From Octopus vulgaris (taxonomy: Eukaryota), in NCBI GenBank assembly GCA_951406725.2, contig OX597831.1:25296001-25360000 (forward strand): DNA of 64,000 bases, given 5' to 3'. Position 1 is the first letter of the stretch; the number at the start of each line of letters is the position of its first letter. Below the pieces are notes generated by a model that saw only the letters and a program-made list of their open reading frames with translations, searched no databases and had not been told where the DNA came from. The position numbers were made by a program, and so were the translations under genes. Shown here in pieces: positions 26,083 to 40,830 of this stretch.

Positions 26083-26273
26083 AGAGAGTGATATGATACC
26101 AAATGTTGAGTCATGTACATATTTGAGATACAGTTGTTAAAGGTAGTCATCTAAGTGAAGAAGAAAGGCGAAGGTGTGTGTGTGTGTGTTGTAAGGAGCA
26201 AGTTAGATACAGCAGAGGAAGTGTTTGGTTTAGATGTTTGTAGTTAGATTAGTTTTGGGTAATTTCCTATCAT

Positions 26274-26494
26274 TCTCTTTTACTCTCTTTTACTTGTTTC
26301 AGTTATTTGACTGTGGCCATGCTGGAGCACCACATTTAGTCGAGCAAATCGACCCAGGGACTTATTCTTTGTAAGCCTAGTACTTATTCTATCGGTCTCT
26401 TTTGCTGAACCGCTAAGTTACGGGGATGTAAACACACCACCATCGGTTGTCAAGCGATGTTGGGGGGACAAACACAGATGCACAAACATATGCA

Positions 26495-26564
<70 letters not shown>

Positions 26565-26726
26565 TATGATGGGCTTCTTTCAGTTTCCGTCTACCAAATC
26601 CACTCGCAAGGCTTTGGTTGGCCCCGAGGCTATAGTAGAAGACACTTGCCCAAGGTGCTACACAGTGGGACTGAACCCAGAACCAGTGGTTGGTGAGCAA
26701 GCTACTTACCACACAGCCACTCCTAC
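26274..26726 (-). mobile_element. SINE family A, full length
   Basis: Reverse complement of family A. Confidence 0.9.
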
Positions 26727-27351
26727 TCAAAGATGAGTTCAGGGTAAAATCAAAGTTTGGGTTTGATGCATAAACACCTTGATGCCTATGGTTAGATCCA
26801 GAGAAATATAAAGATATCAATAAGGCTTCCTTAGAACAATGACCTGCTGGCATCTCGTTCCTGTGTCCATTCTCCACTATTTTCACATATCATTAATGTC
26901 AAACTCTTCTAACAACATACAAACTTTTAATACCTTGTAAATTTCAAGAAATATTTAACCTTCACCAATAAATACAAATTTTATCAAGAGAGACCATTTC
27001 TCATCTTTTAGGATTAGAGTGTTTTGGGTTTTTTTCTTGCTTTGTTATTCTTTTAATCAGAATTGTATTCATTTAATAATAAATGGAAATTTGTTAACTT
27101 GAACTAATAGTCATATAGATATGGAAAGACCTTTAGCCAGCAGTGGAAGAGCAGTGATTAATATCATTGATTGATGTGTGTGTTAGTATCATTGTGCAGA
27201 AGCATAAGTTGTAAAAATACTTTTGTGACATTCGTAATAACAAGGATCTGTTTGATATCTATTTATCTGTCTGTCTGTGTGTCTGTATACATACATACAT
27301 ACATACATACATGTATGTATATATATATTTGTGTGTCTATATATATATAAT

Positions 27352-27650
27352 TGTGGAGATGCAATGGCCCAGTGGTTAGGTCAGCAGACTCGCAGACTTC
27401 GATTCCCAGACCGGGCGTTGTATGTGTTTGTTGAGCGAAAACACCTAAAGCTCCACGAGGCTCTGACAGGGGGTGGTGGCGACCCCTGCTGTACTCTTTC
27501 ACCCCAACTTTCTCTCACTCTTTCTTCCTGTTTCTCACTCTTTCTTCCTGCGATGGAGTGGTGTCCCGTCCAGCTGGGGGGAACATATACGCCACAGAAA
27601 CTGGGAAACCGGGCCTATGAGCCTGGCTAGGCTTGAAAAGGGCGAAAAAA
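27352..27650 (+). mobile_element. SINE family D (tRNA-like head)
   Basis: A-box-like tggcccagtgg, B-box-like ttcgattccc, GC-rich body and A-rich end. Confidence 0.6.
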
Positions 27651-27837
27651 AATATATGTGTGTGTATGTGTATTTACATGCACACATACACACATGTAAA
27701 CGCACACACACAATTACATTGAGAAAAATTCATCTTATTTGAAAACAGAAAAACTATTATATTACTTCTGTGATGGAACTTGGATTAATGGATTATAGCT
27801 GGAAAAGGTTGTACAGGATGACCAGCCTTACATTTTT

Positions 27838-27988
27838 GTTCCTTACTTCTTGGACCAGTGCTAAGACTGCCAAGATGATTGGAACAATATCAGGTATGCA
27901 GTAGGATGACCAGTTCCTTACTTCTTGGACCAGTGGTAAGACTGCCAAGATGATTGGAACAATATCAGGTATGCAGTTGGATGACCAG
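27838..27988. repeat. 75-bp tandem duplication of otherwise unique DNA
   Basis: gttccttacttcttggacc...ggatgacca at 27838 and 27913, about 2 mismatches. Confidence 0.9.
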
Positions 27989-28938
27989 TGTTAGCTATGT
28001 TTTTCCCCTCTCTCTGTGCCCTGAAGTATTTATCTAACAGCAACCTTGTCAAATATCACTCTTCTGTCCTGTGAATCTAAACTATTAGTAGATCTCCTCC
28101 ATGTATGCAACTGAAAATCCTGTCTTCAAATGCATCTGAATCCTGCATATATATATATGCAATATTGGATGGCTGGTCGCCTCTCTTAAGTTTATCAATC
28201 CTTTGATTTTCTTTTTGTGTTTTTTGGGGGGGTCTTTTTTTTGTTTTGTTTTTGGTCTTAATTCCACAGGAGTTCAAAACTTACCTTTATCACCTAGCAG
28301 CAGACTTGATGGCAGGGTTGTTGGCTCAGTTATTGATAACCCACCCATGCAACATGTTGTACTGGGTTAGATGTTACCAAAAAAAGCTCAGGAGTCACCT
28401 GATATAATCTACACACACACTCTAGCAATTCCCAAACTGTACCTTTAATAACTGAGGACCTTAATGTTACCACTAGTATTTAAAAATTAGTAATCAACTA
28501 GATTCACTAAGACTTATGAAAGCCAAATGGGAAGGGGTCGTCTGCTGTTTGCAGTTCATGTTGTCATTGCCATTATTATTGTTGTTGTTGTTGTTAAGGC
28601 AATATTAGTCTCTATCCTTAGTGAGGTGGAATAAAGTTATTAGACTACTGAGAATCAATTGAGAAATTCTTGATTGTTTGAGAGTATTTACCATAATTGT
28701 CGAACAACATCTGCTGATGGAAACTATTGAAGGGACACAAAAGAGTCTTTGTGAGTTAATAATGGTTTATATATATATATTATATATAGACATATGTCCA
28801 TGCTCTCTCTCACCCTTTCTCCCTTGCTCTCTCCCTCTCTCTATATATATATACATATATATAAATATATATATATATATACATACATATATATATATAT
28901 ACATATATATACATATATATTATCAACATGTACACAAA

Positions 28939-28984
<46 letters not shown>

Positions 28985-29859
28985 GGTGAGCAAATATGAA
29001 TTAAGAAGTCATTCAGCCATCTCTTTTCATCCTTTTCTTTAATTTTTTTTCCTGTTCTGTTATTTGATTTCGCTCATTGGACAGTGGCCATGCTGAGGCA
29101 CCAACTTAAAGAGTTTGTTTAGGTGATGTCTACCACAGTACTTCAGTCAGTCTGGAACTTATTTTATTATTCTCAACCAAGACACAGCATAAACACACTC
29201 AACACAACCCACACACCACACACATATACACTAGGTCAAAAGACTATCAGCATTCCTTACATTTTTACCTTTGTCCTATAGTTTTTTTTTGTTTTTTTTT
29301 TTTGGTCTCTTATCTTTCTGCTCTGTAATTTTTATGAGTTACGTCTGGTTTCTTCTTTAGTTTGTATTGTTCTGTACTCACTTATGTGCATGTGTGTTTG
29401 TATGTATGTATGTATGTATGTATGTATGTATGTATGTATGTATGTATGTATGTATGTGTGTGTGTGTGTGTGTGTATGTGTGTGCACGTGTGCATGTGTG
29501 TACATGTGTCGGTGTGTGCAGAAGTCATATTAATATACTGTAGTAATATTATATGAAGTCTATAATTGGCACCAGCTGGTCCTCATTACCCATTACTATG
29601 GTTTTACAACAATTTCCAACCAAATCATTTGACCCTTTCTTGGCCATATCTTTCATATTAATTTCTGAGTTTTACAACTTTGAAAATAATCAAGAATTTT
29701 TGCCTTTGCGATTTTTATGATAGTATTTAGAACATAGCATTAAAAAATTAGTAATTATAGCTTAACAATTATAGCTGTATTGGTCCCCCACTCTCAGTTC
29801 CATTGCCAGGGACCACAGACACAGGGGCCCAAATGTGCTTTGACATCCACCTTTACCAT

Positions 29860-30060
29860 TGCCAGCCATGTGTTCAATTGTCTTCCAGCTTGTTTGCAAC
29901 ACCTCATGAGGAGAGCTGGCTTAACTGCCTTTCGTGTAGATTCCCCTGGGGCTATCTGAGAGTATGGTCAAGCCATCCTAAATGTCTTGTGAGGAGAACT
30001 TATTGCTGAGAGTAGATACAACAACTTTGTTGTATTTCAGGGTTCAGAATGAAGTCCTAT
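29860..30060 (-). pseudogene. Decayed RTE-type LINE fragment
   Basis: Minus-strand RHLGWLDHTLR resembles the RTE RRL.W.GH..R motif. Confidence 0.45.
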
Positions 30061-30435
30061 GGGTCAGCATTCATGAAGGATGAGGAGAACTAATTATTTG
30101 GAAGTGGTTCAAACCACCCAGGGTGAATGCTACTGCAAGTACAAGTAGTAACTAAGTAATTATAGGAGAAAATTCAGTTTTAATACAAATGCTTTAAAAC
30201 TACAGATTTTGAATCCTAAGACAAGGTGCAGCAATTTCAGTTAGGTTGGTACAAAAAGGAAAAATATTAACAAAGAGTCTCAACCTACTTAATAAGTATC
30301 CACGTCTTGTTACTCATATAGTGTACCCTTTGTCATGAGCCCCACACAAGCCACTAGAGGATATACTTTTTTATATCCCTCCTCCTCTCATCACCCGCAT
30401 TAAGGAGGGAATTCCAGAAAGCAGGCATTAGGCAT

Positions 30436-30595
30436 TCATCATCATCATCATCATCGTTTAGCGTCTGCTTTCCATGCTGGCATGGGTTGGACGGTGCAAC
30501 TGGGGTCTGGGAAGCCAGAAGGCTGCACCAGGCCCAGTCTGATCTGGCAATGTTTCTACGGCTGGATGCCCTTCCTAATGCCAACCACTCCATGC
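30436..30595 (-). mobile_element. RTE-associated 3' UTR piece with (GAT)n tail (family E)
   Basis: Homologous to 46177-46340. Relatives at 37646-37772, 40685-40743, 44110-44326, 56031-56250 and 57425-57930. Confidence 0.75.
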
Positions 30596-31094
30596 TGGGG
30601 AGGAAAAACTTAATGTAGTGTCAAGTGTGTTGACTTTGTGGATGAGGTGATATGAGTAATGTGAGAAAGTATTGACAGGTCTGTCCTATGGTTGCTATTG
30701 GGGTAGCAAGGGACTTGATGAGGCAGATACTGAGGGTAGGTCTGTTCCCATTGGCTATTTTTCCATTCTCACTCATCTTTCAATAAATTTATTGGAGGGT
30801 AAAACCTCCCGCTCTTTCTTTTCCAAGTGGAACCAGAAAAGAAAGATCAAACAGGTTTTGGCTGAGGAGGAAAGTATCTGTTCTCAGTACTTTTGAGTCA
30901 TGCACACCACACAAACTCTTCGGCATAACAACAAGACAGAAGAAAACTGTCTGCCTCTCCCAGCCAAAAGAAGACAGTGTGGTGATCTTCATGATGGTGT
31001 CAGCTAATAATCAGATCTATCTGAGACGTGACAGAAAATGATCAGCATTAATCTATAAGTATTCTATAAGTAGGGCCAGAAAGTAAACAACTGC

Positions 31095-31330
31095 AAGCTG
31101 GCAGAAACGTTAGTACTCCGGGCAAAATGCTTAGCGGTGTTTCGTCTGTCTTTACGTTCCGAGTTCAAATTCTGCCGAGGTCAACTTTGCCTTTCATCCT
31201 TTCGGGCTTGATAATTTAAGTACCAGTTATGCACTGGGGTCGATGTAATCGACTGAATCCCTTTGTCTGTCCTTGTTTGTCCCCTCTATGTTTAGTCCCT
31301 TGTGGGCAATAAAGAAATAAGAAATAAGAA
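31095..31330 (+). mobile_element. SINE family B monomer
   Basis: Full head, Meta-like body and aagaaata tail. Possible TSD aactgca. Confidence 0.85.
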
Positions 31331-31830
31331 ACTGCATGTTGAACAGCTTCATTACTCTATAAATCCGATCAACAGTCCTTCTGTATCTGTAAAGTTTATC
31401 TTGAACAGTCATTGCTCTCTACAATGGATAGTACTGCTAAACTAGGGATTTCTGGAAGTTATCTATTGATCACCAGATTGAAAGTCTCTTTGAACAGACA
31501 AATTGATTTTCATCCGTGTTCAAATTTACTTGTAAATGTCAACAATCTTCCACACTGCTAGTCCTCTACAGTATTTTTTTTTTTTACCCCTAGTTTCAGC
31601 TCAGAGCTGTGGCCATGCTGGTGCACCACCATTTTGCTACACTGTTATTACTAAGAGCCTCTTCTAATATGTGGCACATGGAGTTTGATATAGCTACCCT
31701 CATTTGTACATTTGGGCCCCTGTGTCTGTGGTCTCTGGCAATAGAACTGAGAGTAGGTGACCAATACAGCTATAATTGTTAATATTGAAGTATGTTAACA
31801 TTGATGTCCTAACAGCTGTATTATCTAACT

Positions 31831-32079
31831 CAGGTGTTCTCAACCGTCTTTTGTCTATGGACCTCTTTGATTGCTATATTAATCAGGGCGGGGGAAACCT
31901 CATAGCTATTTACTGTCTAAAAACCCTTATTATATTTTTATGATTAAATATAATTAGAAATTGTATAAAATAAATGTTTAATTATTTTGTTTTATTATAG
32001 AAATATAACCATATTTATTGCACATAAATTTTAACAATAAAATATTTTATGCACCCCGATTCTGACCGACTGAGAACTG
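31831..32079. mobile_element. Decayed hAT-like MITE
   Basis: Ends caggtgttctcaacc ... actgagaactgg. Confidence 0.4.
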
Positions 32080-32444
32080 GGAGAGCTGTGAGTGCCTGGC
32101 CACTAAGAGTCAGATGTCCAATCTTGGCTTTTGCTTAAGATGTATTGTGGAAGAATCATGACTAATAAAAGACAACTACACTTGGTCACTTTCCAGGTAA
32201 CTTTGCAGACATGGCAACCTCAGTATATATATAAATATATATGTCTACAAATCACCTACCTTGGTATGAGCTCTCTAAACAGAGGGTGTTGGCTGCAAAT
32301 ATACAGGTGCTTCTGTAAACATTACAAAATAATAGACTTTCTATTAATAATAATAATAATAATAGCAATAATAATACAGGTGTTTCTCTAAACATTACAT
32401 GATAATAGAGTTTCTAATAATAAATAGTAATAGTTTAAAACAGT

Positions 32445-32503
<59 letters not shown>

Positions 32504-32886
32504 AGGTGTTTCTAGAAGCTTTCATTGAACAATCACTTTTGTTATTGGTATCAATTTCTTTCTCTTTGAGATTTTCATCCTGCAACAATATATATCCAGT
32601 GTTTACATAGACAAGATCAGATGATGGGTTTTTCATGAGATGAAGGTCATCAATTGTTACTTTTTGTGCTTTGCTTCTTTCTTGCTTCGTCTCTCTCTCC
32701 CTTTTTTTCTTTCTTTCTTTCTTTCTTTCTTTCGAAATGTGTTATGTTCTAGTGAAAATAAAGAATATTGCTTTGGTTAAAGCTAAACCATACAATGGTT
32801 CTGCGTTGTAATGGTTCGATGTTGTAGCACCTTATAGCCAGCTGCTTGGTTCTGATTATGTTTGTGAGCTGGTTCGAACCACTCAC

Positions 32887-32911
32887 TTGAAATCTCAAGT
32901 TTGGATTGTCC
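32887..32911 (-). CDS. Candidate 25-nt coding microexon (xDNPNLRFQ), host gene unidentified
   Basis: tttttttattttgcttttaatttttccatcacactcAG|GGACAATCCAAACTTGAGATTTCAA|GTGAGT. Can end in phase 0, matching 20589-20623. Confidence 0.45.
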
Positions 32912-33659
32912 CTGAGTGTGATGGAAAAATTAAAAGCAAAATAAAAAAATTGCTCTTTAGCCCCTGGTGAGTCCATATTGAGAAAATCTATGATTTGGGA
33001 CATTCCAGCTACGACTATCTTATTACTTAAAGTGTAGTGTAAAAATATAATGACCCGGATTCAATGCTCAATTCTGTTTTAATATTGGAAGGTATGATTT
33101 GAGGGTTATTTGGCCGCTATATCTTACATGTCAAGCCACCCTTTTTGGTTTGAAATTGCTGTTGCTCTTGTTTAGACCTTTAGCATTTAGATAATTCTAT
33201 CAAACTAATGTTTATTTGTTCACATTGCTTTGAATTAATTATGCATAGCCTTGAGTTTATGAGAATGGGATTGCTTATTTTTTGAAAGTCATGGTAGGGG
33301 AAGTGCAAGAGGCTGGATCTGGCCAGTTTGAATATAGAACAGGTAGAAAATTTAGGCCAGATATGGCTAGTCTAAATGCTAAAGGATTAAACTCAGCTCA
33401 GCCTATGCAAGCAGATATCTGAGATCAAAGACATTCTAGCCATGACCATCCTGTCTTATTAATGAAGACAGTAAGGCAGCAAGCTGGCAGAATCATTAGC
33501 ATGCCAGACAAATGCTTAGCAGCAATTCGTTCATCTTTACATTCTGAGTTCAAATTCTGCCAATGTCAGCTTTGCCTTTCATCCTTTTAAAGTTGATAAA
33601 ATAAGTACCAGTCATGTACTGTGGTCGATGTTGCTGGCCTTGTGCCAAAATTTGAATAT

Positions 33660-34032
33660 TATATAAAATCCGTTCTATCTGTCTGTCTGTGTGTGTGTCT
33701 TCTAGGAACTTGGGCATCCTTCATCCGATTGCGCTCAAATTTGATATGTAGATACTGTCAGTATCAGGGCATGTATAAGTGTTGAAAGAATTACAAAAAT
33801 CGATTCCAGGTGAGAATGCAATCGATAAAGTGAATAAAATCGTTTTTCTTTGGAATAGAAAAAAGTCTATCTTTATTTCTTCTTTTGCTGGTGTCTCAAA
33901 TTTAAGTTAAATCAGTGTTTCTCAAAGGAGTGACCTATGGGACTGCCGGACAAGTTGTTTTGAGAAAATTTGGTTTAAATGTTTGACAACTCAGCACCGT
34001 CCATTGGACGAGGGCGTTTTACTCATTGCTAA
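33660..34032 (+). mobile_element. Probable non-autonomous Helitron-like element
   Basis: (tctg)n near the 5' end, ccgattgcgctcaaatttg motif, and a 3' hairpin cgtccattggacg followed by a degenerate ctaa end. Confidence 0.45.
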
Positions 34033-34779
34033 TAAGAACAGTGGACTGGCAGAAAGAAACATTAATGTCAGGCAAAAATGCCTTGTGGTATTTGTTCTTA
34101 GTTCAAATCCTGCTCATTTCCTCTTGACCCTTTAGCTTTCCAGTGTCGATAAAATAAAATACCAGTCATGCATTGGGGCCAATTTAATCAGCTCAGCCGT
34201 CATCCCAATTTTCTAGTCTTGTATGTATATTAGTAACAATTATTATAACCAACTTTATTGCTTTATTGTTCTTGTTAACATTATGTTAAAACATTAAAAT
34301 AAAAACAATAAAATATGAAATACCTAAAGCAATTGGATATTAAATTTTCCGAGAACATTCCGACAGCTAGTTAGTAGCCAGGTATTTAGTCTATGGCAAA
34401 TAGGTGATACGAAAGTACCTTCATTTATGGCTTCCTAACAAACTCTCAAGCTACACCCATTTCTTCCATTTATTGCTGCTGTTGCTGTTGTTGTGGTTGT
34501 TGTTGTTGTAGAGGTAAAATATAACAGACGGATGCTGTATTTATTTCAATAAAAAAAACACACTTTCAAGAAATGGCAACTTCCAGAAGAAATTAAGAAG
34601 ATGCTAAAACGTCTGGAGAAATGGTATATTTTACGTTTTGAAATATTTCACATTTGTATATCTTGTGACTGCCCCCCCCTTCCCCTCCCCCCACACAATC
34701 ATCGTCACCGCCATTCCTTCCTCCTGTTCCTTCTCTTCCTCCTCCTCCTCCTTTTTTCACTTTTAGGAGATGTAATGAC

Positions 34780-35250
<471 letters not shown>

Positions 35251-35397
35251 TTTACCTGATTATAAAAATACCTGTTAAGTTTCTATTTAAAAGTATTTAG
35301 TCTGCCTGGAAATGTAATGCTATGACTGACATAGGCAGAGTGATTTACTTGTATGTACATTTATTTATGTATGTGCATTTGGGCATATACACACATA

Positions 35398-35448
<51 letters not shown>

Positions 35449-35495
35449 TCAAACATACCTATGTACATAGGCATATATATATATACACACAAGCC

Positions 35496-35670
35496 GGGTG
35501 CTAAAAGTTCCTAGCTTTGGGGAAAAGAAAATACAGAAGGATCAGTTAGTCATGATTTTATGCAACATATCTCCTTATCAAATTCACAAACTCATTACAG
35601 CAATCCTTCAGTTTTTCTAAGCCCTCTAAAAGAACTTGGAATGTTGGGCCTCTAACCCGGCCTTTTGCAA
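35496..35670. mobile_element. Mariner-like MITE family M, partial
   Basis: ggtgctaaaagttcctagcttt start shared with 48099 and 60277. Confidence 0.6.
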
Positions 35671-35674
35671 TACA

Positions 35675-36008
35675 CACAAACACACACACACACACACAAA
35701 TATATATTTATATATATAAATATATATATATATACACACACACACGACGGGCTTCTTTTAGTTTCTGTCTACCAAATCCCCTCACAGGTCTTTGGTCAGT
35801 GTCTCTCTTTTCTCTTTTCTCTTTTACTTGTTTCAGTCAAATGACTGTGGTCAAACTGGAGCACCGCTTTGGTGTTAGTCGAAGACATCAACTCCGGGAC
35901 TTATTCTTTGTAAGCCTAGTACTTATTCTACCAGTTCCTTTTGCTGAACTGCTGGATTACGGGGACATAAGCACACATGCATTGATTATCAAGTGATGAT
36001 GGGAGAGA

Positions 36009-36049
<41 letters not shown>

Positions 36050-36300
36050 TTATATATATATATATATATATATACGACAGGCTTCTTTCAGGCATTGGTC
36101 GGCCCGGGGCTATAGCAGAAGACACTTGCCCAAGATGCCACGCAGTGGGACTGAACCCGGAACCATGTGGTTGGTTAGCAAGCTACTTACCACACAGCCA
36201 CTCCTGCGCCTGTGAGGCTATAGTAGAAGACACTTGCCCAAGGTGCTACGGAGTTGGACTGAACCCGGAACCATGTGGTTGGGAAACAAGCCCCTTCAAA
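35675..36300 (-). mobile_element. Composite of nested and duplicated SINE A pieces
   Basis: Family A homology, with the head region repeated at 36105-36212 and 36214-36290. Confidence 0.8.
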
Positions 36301-36886
36301 GCCACACCTTCACCATCCACAATATCTATTTATGACCCTTCAAATGGTCAGTGATTTAAAGATTGATAAATATGTTTTAATATGTGTGTGAGTAAGTTTT
36401 ATGCCTTATCCGCCATCCTTACAACAACATGGACAGCTGCCTGTGCACACTCACACACAGACACACACACACACACAGACACACACACACACACACGTGT
36501 ATAAACACACCCACTCATTAATGCATACACGTAGACAAGCAATCTCTAAGTAATCTGTTTGATATCTTCTTTTCTTTAAGTCAGACACCTCAAATTCATT
36601 CATTTGTTTAGCGAGAATATTCATAAATCTTTTCTTTTTACGACTATCCTGCGATAATAAATAGAAAGACAAATATTTGTCTGGCTTTCTCTTTTGCTAT
36701 TGTCCAGCCTAACGCAGCAGTAGTGGTGATGGTGGCAGTGGGAGTAGGGGCTGTGGTGGTGGCAGGACAACTGTCCACCCCAGTGTATGTTTTATTAATA
36801 CTGCTGCATGTGTTGGACAGTGATAAATAGTGAACAAATAATTCATCAAAGCTACACACACACGTGTATATATATGTGTGTGTACA

Positions 36887-36945
<59 letters not shown>

Positions 36946-37147
36946 GTTTACATGTATATGTATATATATATATGTTTACATAAGTATGAATACATGCATA
37001 TATATTTCTACATATATACATACATATAAATATACATATATATGTGTATATACACACACACACACACACACATACACACACACATACACACACACACACA
37101 CACATATATATACATATATTTATATGTTTTTGCAGCTTTATTAATAC

Positions 37148-37192
<45 letters not shown>

Positions 37193-37223
37193 TATGTGTG
37201 TGTATGTATGTGTGTGTGTGTGT

Positions 37224-37430
37224 GCTCTTTTACTCTTTTATATGTTTCAGTCATTTGACTGCAGTCATGCTAGAGCACTGCCTTTCATTGAAAAAATCTA
37301 GTACTTATTCTATCAGTTTCTTTTGCTGAACCACTAAGTTTCAGGGACACAAACACACCAACATCCATTGTCAAGTGATGGTGTAGAAGCAAACACAGAC
37401 ACAAAGACACACACATAAATATATATATGC

Positions 37431-37461
<31 letters not shown>

Positions 37462-37885
37462 CACCTGTGGGCTTCTTTCAGTTTCTGCCTACCAAATCTA
37501 CTTACAAGTCTTTGGTCAGCCCTAGGCTATAGTAGAAGACACTTGTGCAAGGTGCCACACATTGGGACTGAAACCGGAACCATGTGGCTGGGAAGCAAGA
37601 TTCTTACCATACAGCCATGCCTGCACCTATATATACATGTATATTATCGTCATCATCTTCATCATTGTTTAACGTCTGCCTTCCACACTGGTATGGGTCG
37701 GATGGTTTGACTGAGAACTGACAAGCCAGTGGGACTGCACCAGGCTCCAGTCTGATTTGGCAAGGTGTCTATAGTCGGCCCGAGGCTATAGTAGACGACA
37801 CTTGCCCAATGTGTCACGCAGTGGGACTGAACCCGGAACCATGTGGCTGGTAAGCAAGCTACTTACCACACAGCCACGTCTGCAT
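37224..37885 (-). mobile_element. SINE A (37224-37630), family E piece and SINE A head (37772-37885)
   Basis: Homology to in-window copies. Confidence 0.8.
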
Positions 37886-39297
37886 ACATCTGTTTTCCAT
37901 TATATATCTCAAATACATATTGTTCGATGCATTGCTATCAAGAGTAGATATCAATGTTAAAATTAAAAGTACAGGGTTTTTTTTATCTGCATGGATAGAA
38001 AAGGAAATCCATATGAGTATTTTCAGTTTTTATTAAGCTCTCATCAGTGATTCATTACCCATTGCTGTCTACAGAGACAATACTAGCTTATCTAATTGAA
38101 TCAGCAATATCTAATGTTTTATCACCTCATTTAGTATCTTCCCCTCTGTACCAGATGTCTTACTTTTCTCTTGTGATTCTTACTTACACAGACCTCCACC
38201 ATCAGTTTTCTTAAATCGTTATATATATTATTTATTGCATAATTCGATATTTTACAATGTATTTCTACAAACAAGTGTATATTTAAGTATATATGGATGT
38301 GTGTGCGTGTGTGTAAACAGATATATATATATTACAGTTACGTATTTGTTGGTAATGAATACATGCAATCAACAGAGTTGTTATACCTTAGAATTTCGTC
38401 AGATGTCAGATTTATGAAAAATATCCTTAAAAAAAACAGCATTGAGATCATGTGTTATGCATGTGTGTATGTGTGTGTGTATATGTGTGTGTGTGGGGGG
38501 GGAATGAGTAGGGTGTGTATAATTGTATATAGTGTGTTTAAGTGAACAGAGTGTATATAACTGTATATGAGGTGTAGTTGTATATAGTGTGTGGAATACA
38601 GTGTTATTTTTGTATATACATGTGTGTTTAATATAACTCTTCTCATTTGCACACCCATCATTAAAGTGAAATTAAAAATACATTCTAATTTGTTACATAT
38701 CGTTTTGTTTTTTGTTGTTTTAATGTTCAACATTTGTATAAGTAGAAGCGAAAGTACCCAGCGTGAGAGATATTTCACCATCATTAAGTATTTATGTAAG
38801 ATTTTTAACAAGCATTAAATGTTTTAGGTAAGATATTTCACAAGCAGCACATAAATTCTAGGGTCCTTGAAGCAGACAGTTCTTTACTTCTCCTGAATTA
38901 CGCAGGAGTATTTCACGGGCACCATCCTTTCCACTTAAGTAAATGATGAAAAATATAAAAAAAGCTATCAAGGATCCTTAATTCTGAAACTGCCAGTTTA
39001 CTGTGCTTTACAGAAATATCTTGGATTTTCTTTGAAGAAATGTTGTTATTTAGCAACCTGTCTCCCATCAAAACAGACTGAAGAGACCTATGATTAAAAG
39101 CATTCCAGCAATGACCATCCTGAAATAATGTATCCGGGTACTGAATAAACTATTTAAAAGTTCTTCAACTTTCAACTGAAATACCCACAAAGGAACTTCT
39201 CATATACATGCATACATATTAATGTACACATATATACACACACAAATACATACACATAAGCACAGGTGTGGCTCTGGGGTAAGAAGCTTGCTTCCAA

Positions 39298-39699
39298 GGT
39301 GGTGAGCTGACAAAAACGGTAGCACGTCGGGCGAAATGCTTACCAGTATTTCGTCTCCCGTTACGTTCTGAGTTCAAATTTTGCCGAGGTCGACTTCTGC
39401 CTTTCATCCTTTAGGGGTCGATTAAATAAATACCAGTTATGCACTGGGGTCGATATAATCGACTTAATCCGTTTGTTTGTTCTCTTTCTGTTTAGCCCCT
39501 TGTGGGTAGTAAAGAAATAGGTATTTCTTTCTGAGTTCGAATTCTGCCAAGGTCGACTTTGCCTTTCATCCTTTCGGGGTCGATAAATTAAGTACCAGTT
39601 ACACACTTAGACACTGGGGTCAATGTAATCGACTTAATCCCTTTGTCTGTCCTTGTTTGTCCCCTCTATGTTTAGCCCCTTGTGGGCAATAAAGAAGAG
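39298..39699 (+). mobile_element. SINE B dimer inserted into a SINE A head
   Basis: 12-bp TSD gcttgcttccaa at 39286-39297 and 39700-39711. The host SINE spans ~39262-40260. Confidence 0.85.
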
Positions 39700-39857
39700 G
39701 CTTGCTTCCAAACCACATGATTCTGTGTTCAGTCCCACTGTATGGCATTTTGGGCAAGTGTCTTCTACTATAGCCTCAGGCCAACAAATTTTTTGTGAGG
39801 GGGTTGTTGTGTATGTGTATATATGTGTGTATGTATATATGTATGTATATATTTATG

Positions 39858-39891
<34 letters not shown>

Positions 39892-40372
39892 CATGTGTAT
39901 ATGTATATAAATATTCAATACTTTTGTAATAGGTAATAAACCAGTATATTCATTGGATTTTATTATCCCTTAATGAGGTCTGCAACCTTTATTTAAACTT
40001 ATATATATGCAATGCATATGTCTATCTATGTGTGAGTGTCTTTGTGTCTGTGTTTGTCCCCCACTACAGTTTGAAGGCCAGTGCTGGTATGCTTACATCC
40101 CGGTAACTTAGCAGTTCAGCAAAAGAGCCTGATAGAATAAATACCAGGCTTAAAAAAGTAAGTACTGGGGTTGATTCATTCAACCAAAATATTCTTGAAG
40201 GTGGTACCCCAGTATGGTCGCAGTCTAAAGAGTGAAACCAGTAAGAAATAAAAGGTAAAAGCTTAGAAAGCTCTCTGTGTGTGTGTGTGTAGGCATATAT
40301 CTGTGTGCGTGTGTTTGCATGTGTATAGGTATATGTGTGTGTATGTGTGCATGTGCATTAAGTATCTTTCAG

Positions 40373-40540
40373 TAGGAGTGGCTGTGTGGTAAGTAGCTTG
40401 CTTATGAACCATATGGTTCCGGGTTCAGTCCCACTGTGTGGCAACTTGGGCAAGTGTCTTCTACTATAGCCTCAGACCGACCAAAGCCCCTTGTGAGTGG
40501 ATTTGGAAGACGGAAACTGAAAGAAGCCTGTTGTATATAA

Positions 40541-40599
<59 letters not shown>

Positions 40600-40830
40600 T
40601 GTATGTATGTATGTATGTATGCATGCATGCATACATACATATATGTATATGTGTGTGTATATATGTTTATGTATATGTATATGTGTCCGTCCAACCCATG
40701 CTAGCATGGAAAGCGGACGTTAAACGATGATGATGATGATGATGTGTGTATATATGTTTGTGTGTTTGTGTTTGTCCCCCCAACATCGCTTGACAACTCA
40801 TGCTGGTGTGTTTACGTCCCCATAACTTAG
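40373..40830 (+). mobile_element. SINE family A, 3'-truncated, with a family E tail inside its microsatellite
   Basis: Family A homology. Confidence 0.85.

Larger units (their letters stand above)
29762..31782. repeat. 75-bp inverted repeat pair bracketing ~1.9 kb
   Basis: 29762-29836 is the reverse complement of 31708-31782 with 4 mismatches. Both outer ends are TTAA. Confidence 0.9.

Noticed and set aside
28286-28400. Minus-strand exon ending at a strong AG|GTAAGT donor
   Set aside because: No good acceptor gives an open frame.
36708-36784. Plus-strand exon candidate
   Set aside because: Low-complexity GT-rich content, a moderate donor and no partner exons.
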